Shown: positions 53,235-64,000 of the stretch, in pieces
Layout: each line of letters opens with the position of its first letter
Numbering within the stretch: position 1 is the stretch's first letter
NCBI GenBank assembly: GCA_002269645.1
Contig: NIVC01000197.1
Span: forward strand, 1 to 64,000
Length of the DNA: 64,000 nt
Direction: 5' to 3'
From: Macrostomum lignano
Lineage: Eukaryota
Program-made: the position numbers and the translations under genes
The notes under the pieces: model-generated
Database searches by the model: none
Told to the model about the DNA's origin: nothing
The model's input: only the letters and a program-made list of their open reading frames with translations

Positions 53235-54653
53235 CTAACCATTCAAGTTGAAAGTGCAGCCAGAGAAATGACAATCCGTGAAGATAGTTGAGACGTTCTG
53301 CCTACTAAGTGTAATGTTCTGGTTACTCACGTCCATCGTGCTTGACGATCCAGCGTTAGATGGCTGATCAGTCCTAACCAATTCTGTGTTCGTACGAGAT
53401 TCACTTGATTGCAAAGCTTCCCCCACAGTCGTAGCCATGTCTCGCAGCGTGTGGTCACGTTTCCTCGATAGATACCGCCGAACTGTCGACTCAGATTGAT
53501 GTCCCGTGATATTCATGATGTCGGACAGAGTATAGCCAGCTTCGTGTAGATCAGCCGTCCTAGTTACTCGAATGCAATGGTTTGTATACTTTTTGCTGAG
53601 CTCACACAGGGTGCTTAATCGAGTCATGAACGATCCTAACCAATTGATCCCACGAACCTGCTTAGTTGAAAACTGCAGCTGTCCTTCTTTATTTGCCATC
53701 GGTCTTGGAAAAAACGAATTGTCCTTGGTTTCGTTGGGCAGGACTTGAAGGTAGGTCTTAATGAGTTCATACTGACCGCCATAGATTCTCGCTTGCTTTG
53801 TGTTGAAACCTTTGGCCTTGACTGGATTGGCACTCTGGTTCTTGGTTCTGAGGTTAGGTAGCTCGTAATACTTCTTGCCGTCGCCGTCTTCTTTTTCTAC
53901 GAGTATGTCTCTCTGACGAAGGTGTTGGAGGTGCTCTTGACCGCGCTCTCCCAAGACATACAATAAAGTGTAAATCACTTCATCCTGTAGTCGTTCTCCA
54001 GTCGAGCGATCAAAGTAACTGGACAACTTGGTTAGATCGGCGCGCTCTATCGGTTCGTAACGCTTCACGCTCCCGCCTTTAGAATGAAAATCCCGCACCT
54101 TAACTCGAAGCATGCGATTGGCAGTAGCAAAGTTAGGATCATCGACGATGTTGAGTTCACGCTTGATAATGAAGTGAAAAAATCGCTGGATGCCGGCCCG
54201 AATGCAGACCAAGCTAGATGGCGAGTACGACTCTCCATTCGGTTTAGAAAGCCGAAAGTAGTAGAACCGCAGGTGCTCGTTGAGGCTACTGGGCTCCATT
54301 GTTTTAAGACTTTCAACAGGATGACCCAAGTCACTCATGTAGCTGGCAAACGCTTTGCCATAAAGGAACATTTGCTCCTTGGTCGATCTTGGTAGAGAAT
54401 CCACCTCGGCCTTGTCCATGACATCAGTAGCAACAGAAGCTCCATCATCTTCACATTCCGGCAGATCGACACCAAGCAGTTCATCGTCAGATCGTGAATG
54501 ATCGGTAATGAATTTAATAAAGTCCTCCAGCTGATTGTCATCTCGGTGATTGTCACTGCTCAGCTCAGCAATGAATGAGTATTCGCTTGATGAAACGCCA
54601 TCCAGACTATCAACCGGCAGATGAGACCAATTGATAAGATGCGTAGCGGTCAT
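53235..54653 (-). CDS. Crypton-like tyrosine recombinase 1 (DUF3504-type), intact, 472 aa
   Basis: YSPSSLVCIRAGIQR; catalytic set GERG (R), RTKN (K), NHCIR (HxxR), TGH (H), RRY (Y); C-terminal FSGCTFN motif. Confidence 0.85.
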   Translation of the reverse strand: MTATHLINWSHLPVDSLDGVSSSEYSFIAELSSDNHRDDNQLEDFIKFITDHSRSDDELLGVDLPECEDDGASVATDVMDKAEVDSLPRSTKEQMFLYGKAFASYMSDLGHPVESLKTMEPSSLNEHLRFYYFRLSKPNGESYSPSSLVCIRAGIQRFFHFIIKRELNIVDDPNFATANRMLRVKVRDFHSKGGSVKRYEPIERADLTKLSSYFDRSTGERLQDEVIYTLLYVLGERGQEHLQHLRQRDILVEKEDGDGKKYYELPNLRTKNQSANPVKAKGFNTKQARIYGGQYELIKTYLQVLPNETKDNSFFPRPMANKEGQLQFSTKQVRGINWLGSFMTRLSTLCELSKKYTNHCIRVTRTADLHEAGYTLSDIMNITGHQSESTVRRYLSRKRDHTLRDMATTVGEALQSSESRTNTELVRTDQPSNAGSSSTMDVSNQNITLSRQNVSTIFTDCHFSGCTFNLNG

Positions 54654-55093
54654 GTTTAAGGCAGGCAAGCGAAGACGGCTTAAAATGAAAAACTGAGAAG
54701 TCTTCGCTGTAACTTCTAACATTTAAGACCAAAGTTTCTGACGAATTACCATAGACGGTATCTAAATTTAGTCATGCATTATCAACCGTTTGATAATGAA
54801 AGATTATTAAACGCCTATTTTGTGTAGAAATCATGAGACAATAATATTGTGTCTATGGTTTTAGGCTTTGATAATGCTCAAAATGCCTTTAGGATAATGC
54901 AATCGTCTATGGTTAAACCATGAGCACATTTATTTATTTTTTCACTTAAACTTCAGGATAATGATTTCAAACTCGGGATAATGGACGCCTATTTTTAGAA
55001 CAAAACAGCAAACACCAACAACAAAAGATTAGCGCTATGGAAAGTTAATTGTGCAGTATCAATATGGCGCAATTGTCATAGTGCCGAAGACCA

Positions 55094-56586
55094 TTACAGA
55101 TTGCAATTGTTAAAAGTGCAGTTGTTCATAATAAAGATATTCCGACCGTTCATCTGACGACCATCAGACACGCTCACTGCTTGCACGATGGAACTTTGGA
55201 TGCTGATGTCAGTAGGCATTGTTACTTGACCGTGGGTCGCGGCGCTTTGTCCCATGTTCAACGCACGCGACACTGCATCGCTGCATTGTTGCAGGGACTT
55301 GTCCCGTTTAACTGCCAGGTAGCGCCGGACCGTGCTCTCGGACTTTTGACCCGTGATAGCCATGATCTCGCTCATCGAATGCCCAGCCGATTCCAGGTCA
55401 CACACTCTGCTAACTCTAGAACAATTGAGCAATTGAACTGTAAATTAGACTCAATCAGACATAAGTTGAAAACATCACATGCACTTCCCCGACCAACTGA
55501 CTCACCGAATGCTATGATTGGTGTATTCCTTAGACAGCTTCGCTTTTTTGCTCAGCGCCTTCATGAAAGTCCTCAGGTAATTTATCCCTCGTTTCTGCTT
55601 CGAGCAAAATCGTCTGGTGCCTCCTGCATTCTTCAGTGGCCTGGGAAACAATGAGTCGTTCTTCGTATCCGTTGGTAATATAGCCATGTAGTCGTCCACA
55701 ATTCCAACATCGTAGATTCTCGCCTGCTTTACGTCGATGTCACGCTTGGCTCGATTGGGATCGGCAGACTTGTTTTTGGAATTCAGTACAGGCAATGCGT
55801 AGTACGGTCTTCCATCCGAGTCTTCGCGCTTCACCAACCACTTCTTGGATTCAATCGACTCCAGATGTTCCCTTCCTCGTTCTCCTAGGCCGTACATAAC
55901 GCGAAATAGAAATTCATCCTGAGTGGTCTCTGCACTTGATCTGTCGAAATACGTCCGTAGCTTCTCCATATCACCCTCCTCGATTGGCGGATATGATCGA
56001 GCCTGACCGCCGGAGTTGTGCCATTCCCTGACTTTCATTCGGAGCATTCTATTCGCTAGAACGAATTCCTCACCATCGATCATGTTGATCGTTAATCCAG
56101 CCACCATAGTCAGAAAGCGCTGTATCCCGGCGCGGATGCACACAAGACTTGCAGGCGAGTATGGACCGCCATCATGGCGACGCAATTGGTAGTAGTAATA
56201 CCTAAGAAACTCACACATCTCAACACGACTCAATTCATGAACAGCAGCTCCATGTTCGCGAAGGAACTGCACAAAACCGTTACCATGAGCAATCATCTGC
56301 TCTCGCGTCTTGGTTGGTAGGCTCACTATTTCATCTTTCGTCATTGCCTCTTGCATATCCAAAGGAACTCGTTTCGGCTCAGTTTCATTCTCTCCATCCT
56401 CTTCAGCTGGAGCATTATCCTCGGCCGGTGCAAGTGCAAGAAGTTCAAAAAGTCTTCGTTATCCTTCATGTCCTTCTGAGATGTGGAAAGTCTTGAGATC
56501 CAATTGAGTTTGCTGCTAGATACGTTGGCTAAACTTTCGACAGGCAGATTGCCCCAGTTGATCGGATATGACGTCTGGTTCTCCAT
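55094..56586 (-). CDS. Crypton-like tyrosine recombinase 2; one intron, frameshift near the N-terminus
   Basis: Homologous to YR1 from INWGNLPVESL onward. Intron 55505-55416 (GTGAGT...TTCTAG) splits the Arg codon of NHSIR; TGQK where YR1 has TGHQ; frame change near 56420-56450. Confidence 0.8.
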
Positions 56587-56825
56587 GGCCAAGCGAATGT
56601 AGCTATTTACGTTTTATTCTCTCTTTCTCTCCACATCTCCTTCCTTTCCACCCTCTTAACCCCCAGCCTGTTTGCAACTTCGTTGTCTATGGCCCAAACT
56701 CCAGTAAACCACCTCAGTCTTTATGTCTCTCTCTCCTCGGTAACCCCTCTCTCCTTTCGATGCCCTTTTTGTCTATGGCCCCACTGAAATTCGACAATGC
56801 GGTTATTCGTAAGTGAGACTTTAGG

Positions 56826-56880
56826 ATAATAGTCCTATGCTCACTCGTGCGCTGCGCGCACTCATGAGTCGGACTATTAT
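56826..56880. other. Hairpin, candidate terminal structure of the recombinase element
   Basis: ATAATAGTCC...GTGCGC-TGC-GCGCAC...GGACTATTAT. Confidence 0.5.
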
Positions 56881-57297
56881 ATTGATATATATAGTATATC
56901 AAGTAATATACTATATGTATGTAAAATTATGTATTCAATAATTTTGTTTTAAGTGAGGGGTTTAAGTCCATGTGTAAAAAGTCTATAACGATTCAATTTC
57001 GTATTGTTTTAGTTATTATGTATTACTTTGTTCTCATGTCAAGTGCACTTGGAAATTCAGAGTGGGCCCCTTAAGCAATAACATCTGCTATATGCATGAC
57101 ATCATTTTTATAGGTATAGATAGTTACTTTACTTTCAATGATCTTTTATATTTCTTTTTTAATATAGACAGCATGCAAAGACCTTTGTAGTCATATAGTA
57201 ATGGGTTATATCTTAGGTAGTGTGTCCTATGATGAAGACCTTAACATGTAAGACAATTTATAGTTAATAACTCAGAGTTTTGCTCTTCTCTTCAGCA

Positions 57298-60200
57298 ATG
57301 AGCAGCTTGCGACCAACTGTACTAGCCAAGCCAATTGCTTTGACCAAGGCTAGTCGGTACATTCCACTGTGGCGTCGTCACATGGAATATCCAGTGTATC
57401 AGCCAGGCGACCCTCAGGTAACTAAGCAGTGAATTGAATATTTTGTGGCAATGTAGTGCCTAAAATTGGCTTTATACTCTATGAAGTACATTCGTAAAAT
57501 ATGGACATTAATTGTTTATTAGCGAATCGCTGTCAGACCCACATTACTTTTTTCCGCTCAAGTTGGTGTGGGGCAACACTAAACAGAAACAGAATTCAAT
57601 GTAGTTAAGCGTATGATATGTGATCGACTGCGAACTTCAATGTCAACAATGTGACTCCATTTAGCACAACAAATTCTAAGTTCACCTGATAGTTAAAAAT
57701 CAGTTTCAAGCCAATTATTGAGAATTTTATCAATTAAGGGTGCACCGTGCACCGTCCCATACAGCAAAAATAGTGGTTGCATAGAATCTGTCAGATCAGC
57801 AGTCTTCCATGGCGTTGCAGAATCAGGATCGAACAGTTTAAAGCAATTACGATTTGAAAAAAATGATTATCACAGACTAAACTGTCAACTACTCCACCAC
57901 ATTGATGAATAACAGAAATTTGTTTGTACAAAAGTTTGGCTGTAGACTGTAGATGGAAACAGCAGCATAGCGTGTGGTACCCAATAGCTCGTAAAGGTTT
58001 TAACATTTTTGCCAGAACTGTGTGCGCCAACTTTGCTGGCTCGTCCTCTGAATAGCCAATGATGTGACATCCACGAAGTCGAAGTGAGGGCAGCACATGC
58101 GCTTCATCAAATATAATAGAGCAACAATTTCGAAAATGTGTGGCAGCAGGTAACTGCTTTAACTAGGTAGCTTCTGAAAGTCAGCATCAGTCCCAACTGT
58201 GCCCAGTCCACCAAAATAGCTCTTCAGGGTATCTGGATGTGGCATTGTCAGGATGTCTCTTGTTGCATGATAGCCAGCACGTTCATGTCCAATGAAAATC
58301 ATGCGAGCAGACAACAGAATGTCCTCAAATGCGTAACGCATTATTAATGACTCGTACTAAGTTGTAGCTGTCTAAGGAGTCAGTATCATTGAAAATTGAC
58401 TGTGAGTCCTTGACATAGCTGAGATTTTATCTTTGATGAACACTGATGCAGTTTCTCCTGGTCTGTCGCTTTCGATTTCTGTAGCCTGCTGCTCTGAGAC
58501 TTCTTTCATTCTCTAGCCTTTTTTGAGCACATCTGCCAGGGAGATGTTGTTGGTCTGCAAGAAGTCTCCTAAGTCTCTCGGACTCGCAATAGGCGATGAT
58601 TTTGTCTCGAATCAGCGAGTCTCTGAGAGTCCCGAGCTCGCACGGCTCCGCCGCTTTGCGCAGACGCTGGTGAAAACCACTGGCCGATTGGCTCGCCCGG
58701 CTGCTGCCTGCAGGTCTCGAGCTTGCATCGCAGAAACTTGTTCTTGCCGTCCCAGAACGCCTGGATGTTTTTCCAATGGCTGCTATGGTCTTCACCAGAG
58801 ACTATTTCGTTCTCTTCGACAACAGCTCCTCCCTGCGGCGTACAGCAGCAACTGCTGCCCTCGATTCTTGTCGATAACTCCAGCTGCATTGATGTATGTG
58901 GCAAACCGACAACTATGCAGCCCAGCCAAAAATGGCTAAAGAAATGTACGCAACTAGGCATTGTGGGTAGTAGATTATGCATTGCATGGCCAATAAATGT
59001 TTTCCAATTTTGTATTCTGTCCTTTGCATTGAAAGCATCTTATTTTATCAGCAAGCATTACTACATAGAATAAGGGTAACATTATGAGATTTTCTTTTGG
59101 AAATATGTAATTCATTCATATCAAAAAAATCTTACCTTAACTTGTGCTGAAAGGGCACCTAGTGACCTAGCCAACGGTTAAACTCATCCTTGTCTAATGA
59201 AAATCTTTGCACTGTAGCTTTAATACCAATGTCATAGTTTGAATTGCAAAGAGGTCTACAACACTTCTATGACATACCAAACAATTTTTAATGACATAAT
59301 CTGCATATTAATAGAAACACTGGTTTAAAAAAGTAAAATGTCTCTGAAACAATAAAGCCATTATAGGATGTGAGTTCCTTTAAAAGTTGAGTGTCTATAA
59401 AATATATAGCAAACAAAAATATAAATGCAAGATAAGCTCGTATTTGTAAGGTTCGATAACGGGCCCTAGCACTTTTGGCGATGTTTGCAAAAACACATGA
59501 AACGCAAATATTACTTGGATTTTAAACCAAGCATAGCAACCGAATGTTACTATTGAGCTCAGGAAAGACCATTGTCCTTCGCAGAGGTTATGCCTCACCC
59601 CACAGCTCTCAGGGACCGTCGTCGTCGCACCTCCTATGGTGTCGCGCCATGTTGGTCGCCGCTAGTGCCCGCTTACATCCCGGGCACTCTCTCGATTTCC
59701 TTTTGTAAACCCTTGCTGTTTTGCTTATGTTAGGTCCCGTTGTTTCGACACTCTTGCAGCTCCGCCTGTGTCTGGCAAGATTTAAGTAAGCATGACCAGT
59801 TATGTCTGCCATGACTAACTGAAAAGCATCCTCCACGCTAGCCAGCGACATCAGGGGCGAGCCATCAGACACCTGACAGTCGCTTTTACGAGTACTTCAG
59901 TATCATTTTCATTCGCTGACTTCAGTCCTCCGGAAGCGACGCGACGCAGAATGCATTGGCAAGTGGTAAAAGCAGCCACGTGGGTTTAGAGGTGGAAATC
60001 GCGGCCACCTCCGAATTACGGCGTTTATGCTTGCGACTTCAAAGTCGGTGAGAAAGCCGGCGCAGTCTTTTCCTGTCACCTCGCGAACTTCTGCATGCAG
60101 CAGGCCCCAGCATGCCTCATAGGTCCTCTGATCCTTTGCAGGGAGCAAAAAGAAGACAAACGGTTCCCACGCATTGAGAACCTTTCCGTGGACGATGAAG

Positions 60201-63200
60201 AGTTAGTTGAAAATATGAGGGCAGCTACTAAAAGTGCCATCCATCTGCAGCTTTTGACATTCGCCAAGTCGCAGGAGGAGAGCGTCGTTCGTGAATCCCA
60301 CAATTTGTATCCAGGACTGTCGCATTGTTCAACACCTTCAGATCGACATTGTAGTCTTGAACTGGCTGAGGCAGTTGTGGAAGAACCGCTAGTCGAGATC
60401 TATGGGCAGATGATTTGACGCCAGAAAAAGTAGGCAGCATTGCACGATCAGCTCCTTCAGCAGCAGCTAATTTGTCTCAATAAACCCCCGTAGCAGGAAG
60501 GCCACGTCTCGCGCTTGCTGCTTCATTTATTTGCATTCCAAACAAATTTTCATAAGCGTGCATTTGAATTTGCACCCAGTGCTGCAGCGTCGCCTATTCT
60601 CTTTTGCTGGCGCCTCGCGCAGCTTATTATGGACAATTATCTCGTCACAATAATTCATGTTGGCAGATGTTGGCGCTGGGTGATCATGCGCTCCAGAAGT
60701 TGACGTCCCGAACCCGACGCTAACAACGACGCGGGAATGATAATGCGTATTTCAGTATTTGTAGTAAGATGTGGCGTTTGTCTTTTTGTCAGTATGAAAA
60801 AAGTTACCTTCGTGAAGAAGCAGTTCGCCTACTCTCTCACTCTTCACAAATGTAGCAATTTCGCAGTGTTGGGCAACGTTAATGAAAATCTTAACTTTCG
60901 TTAATGGCAAAGGCGTTAGCGTTAAAACAAAAAAATCTTAACTTTTACACTCTTAATTTCGTTAAGTTAACTGAAATTTAACTGATAATCGTTAATAAGC
61001 GTTAATCCGTTAAATTTAACACAGAAAATACAGAAATCTTGCACTTTTTTCCAAAGCAGACTTCATAATGCACTGTCTGCTTTTCTATCTTTTTAGTGAA
61101 ACACAGGTCATCTAAGAAATTTACAAGCTAAAAATAACAAATAATAATGATAGTAAAAACTTGTAAGTATAATACTACTAAAAGTAAGCAAACGGTAAAC
61201 TAAGTTACTTATTTATTTGAAACTTGAAAGCTAATTAGTTAGTAATAAAATACGAATAGGAAGGTTGTTTCAGTAGCATTAGCAGGCGCAGCAGAAAGTT
61301 ACGAAAGATTGGCAAAGAAGTGAATCAAAGCGATCGATGCTCACGCGCAAGCAATAAAGTTCACAATTTTAATTCGTTATTAAAGTTCATTAGTAAGAAG
61401 TTGTTACATCTGCATGATCATCGTCATAAACAAAGAGATTAATTAGGCATTTAGGTAAATTCGAATACATTCGTAATGTTGTAACTTCTCGTCAGACTTG
61501 TATTTTTTTTCTTTCTTTGCGTCGTTGGTCTTGATACTGTCATTAACGTTAACGATGAATTTGTCCTTTAACTCACAAAATTATAAACGCATATTCGTTA
61601 ATCCGTTAGTTTAAAAAAATCTTAACGCTTATTAACGGACCGGTGCCCAACACTGCAATTTCGTGTACATGCGGCCCAGCCTGAACCATAATGCTTAGCA
61701 TATGTACTGTAATTCTTATCTGGTTCACTTTCTGGTTTCGCCGAGAGGTAGATGGTTATCGAGTCAAATAATGGTCCCTCTCATAAATTGTGTCGCATAG
61801 CCGTCACTTCACTCTGGCTGAGACAGCTTCTACCCCACCTCGCGCCTTATTTAAGGCCTTCTCTTCTCGAAAAGTATGAACGTTGCTTATATTAATCGCC
61901 TCCCTCCCCCTCCCCTCTCCTTGCGCTCTCCCCGCCGGGACTCCCACGGCCTTCAGAGCAGCCAGTAAGATAGAAGTGACGGCAGCGCAAACCAGTTTTG
62001 GCCGCACGGCGGGGGTAGACTGACAAGCCATGTACTCTATCATCCTTGGTCCCATCTTCCTCTCTACCCTGGGAGGGGTTGGGATTGGCGGGAGAGCCAA
62101 TGCGGATTGCCTTCCTTTCCAGCAGCCTTGGTAGCGATATAGTAATATTAGATGACTTGCAAAATGCTTTAAAGTAGGGAATAGCCTATCTAATAGGTAG
62201 GCTATCAATTTTTGTAGGTCTATGCCCTACGGTATCAAGAGTATATAATATATAAAAACTAGTCATAGTGTATTAATCAATCAAAGTTAAAAATATAGGC
62301 ATAATAAATCGTATCCTATAAAAACAACCTGGAATATAGCCTAAAGTCTACGTCAAGCTATGGTCTCTTATCATATATCAAAATAGTTTAAACTGTCTAA
62401 TATATTTCCTCTAGCCCACAGTGAATACAATAGTCAATAGATAAAAAAGGTATAGGTCTACTGACGAATGTTGACAACATTTTCAAGAAATACATTACAC
62501 CTACATACTTACAACGCCTGAATTAATGGATTTATAATGGGGAAATTTTTTATAAGCGACACTCAAGTAGTCCGTAAAAAATAATTTGCTCTCTAACCCA
62601 CATAAAGAATCGCCCTCTGACCCGCATAAAGAATCGCCCTCTGACCCGCATAAAGAATCGCCCTCTGACCCGCATAAAGAATCGCCCTCTGACCCGCATA
62701 AAGAATCGCCCTCTGACCCGCATAAAGAATCGCCCTCTGACCCACATAAAGAATCGCTCTCTGACCCGCATAAAGAATCGCCCTCTGACCCATATAAAGA
62801 AACTCTCTCTCTCTATTCTCATTAACCGCATTTACTTCTTAAAAGTTTGAAACTAAACTGTGCTAATGTTAAATGTGCTAATCACTACTTTTAGTATGTG
62901 TAGCGATTTTTTCGTAAAATCTTATTCAGTAACAAATTCGACGCCATCAACAGGTGCGCCTGTACATGCCCAACTACTGGATGAAGCTAGTCCGACCCAG
63001 ATTCCCTTTGCCGCCAGGCGTACTCAAATTCGAAGTTCAACCGCAAATGTCAGCTGATGAGGTGCGCCAGATGCTTGAGAAGCTGTACGGAGTTCGACTG
63101 CTGCACGCGCAGGTTCACCCGGTCGAGGGCGCCCCGGAGTCGGATCACGCGCATCCCAGCCGCATGGTGTTCAGTCCGTACACCATGAAGCCGCAGCCGT

Positions 63201-63451
63201 TAGATCTCTATAGAAAGGTTGCCTATGTATTTTTAGCCGAAGAGTACCGCGACTTTCAGTTCCCCGATCTGTTTGAGAAACGCCGGCCGTCTGGCAGTGA
63301 TGAGTTCAGGAAGCTGATGGCCAGCCGGGACTCGGAGGATGACGTCAGCGATGGGACTGACGAGCACAGGGAGAAGCGGAGTATGGCGCTGATTGCCGAG
63401 CTGGAGCGGGCAACTCGGCGGGCTAGTGAGGCTGGCGACAAGGATGACTGA
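57298..63451 (+). CDS. MRPL23: Mitochondrial ribosomal protein L23 (uL23m), 205 aa
   Basis: Exon 1 57298-57417 (ends YPVYQPGDPQ, GTAACT donor) splices in phase 0 to exon 2 62954-63451 (VRLYMPNYWMKLVRP...KVAYVFL...FPDLF); matches recalled YPLYRLGGPQLRVF. Confidence 0.88.
57720..58420 (-). mobile_element. P-element/THAP9-like transposase remnant
   Basis: ILTMPHPDTLKSYF, DEAHVLPSLRLRGCHIIG, LVCDNH in broken frames. Confidence 0.65.
58430..58870 (-). mobile_element. Ty3/Gypsy gag remnant
   Basis: RQQPGEPI...LRKAAEPCELGTLRDSLIRDKII. Confidence 0.7.
59880..60450 (-). mobile_element. MULE transposase remnant
   Basis: LPAKDQRTYE...FLTDFEVASINAV...RGCFYHL. Confidence 0.75.
60864..61655. mobile_element. 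hAT-type MITE
   Basis: Perfect 12-bp TIR CAGTGTTGGGCA; 8-bp TSD CAATTTCG at 60856 and 61656. Confidence 0.92.
62595..62800. repeat. 24-bp minisatellite (CATAAAGAATCGCCCTCTGACCCG)
   Basis: Direct. Confidence 0.95.
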
Positions 63452-64000
63452 GGAGTCTGTGCTGTTGCTATTAGTGCATTATTGTTATTGAAATTATTGT
63501 GAATTGCTTTCTCATCATTGCAGCGTCTTTGCTATGAGACTACTGCTGGGAAGTTGCTGTCAGACTGTATATAGTAGCTGACAGATTGCAGTTTAGTAGC
63601 TGACAGATTACAGTTTAGTAGCTGACATATTACAGTTTGCAGCTGGCAGATGGCAGTTTGCGGTCAGTCTGCCATATTAATACTTGATCGGCTAACTGGT
63701 TGGTTCGTGCATGTGGATGTATACTTTCATAATTATGACATATCACTGCTGCATCCCAGAACCCAATCCAATTAAACCTCTGTTACTGTATTGCTAAAGC
63801 TGCAATTAGTGTCGGTTTCAATTCCTACTGATGTGTTAGTTTTCAGTTGACTTTACTGCTCAACTTTCGTTGATATGTCAAGGCGTTTAACTACTTGCAG
63901 TAGAATAGTATCGCATTTTTATACACGCATATTTAGATCAGTTGCTGTCTGCTTGCAAAATAAAATAAATAAATCTTAAGAATCCGGACTTGATTCTGAA

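Noticed and set aside
56420-56450. Programmed -1 ribosomal frameshift in YR2
   Set aside because: No canonical X XXY YYZ slippery heptamer; an indel is more parsimonious.
62954-62968. MRPL23 starting at GTG or by SL-AUG at 62954
   Set aside because: A real upstream coding exon at 57298-57417 supplies the conserved N-terminus.

Overview
Eukaryotic (animal) genomic DNA with spliceosomal introns, GC-rich exons and a different minisatellite in almost every intron or spacer; the style suggests a flatworm such as Macrostomum (inference, not proven). Genes reconstructed by splicing and recognised from recalled reference proteins: CEP135 (minus, 3451-17116, apparently lacking its N-terminal exons), a PLP-dependent class-V aminotransferase/cysteine-desulfurase-like gene (plus, 19728-26094), a co-oriented cluster PTS / 60-aa membrane ORF / RPL12 / GPN3 (33015-39814), a possible secreted-peptide gene (minus, 41194-41641) and MRPL23 (57298-63451). 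Mobile DNA: a tandem pair of diverged Crypton-like tyrosine recombinases (53235-56586), hAT MITEs with 8-bp TSDs, tRNA-derived SINEs, and RTE, MULE, P-element and Gypsy remnants. Best leads: the two-recombinase element, a CEP135 internal start that would give a TSGA10-sized isoform, a PTS gene with no ATG that a spliced-leader AUG could start, a CG>TG/CA>TA mutation series in two AT-rich blocks, and embedded mitochondrial 16S and 28S rRNA fragments. All alignments were done by eye.
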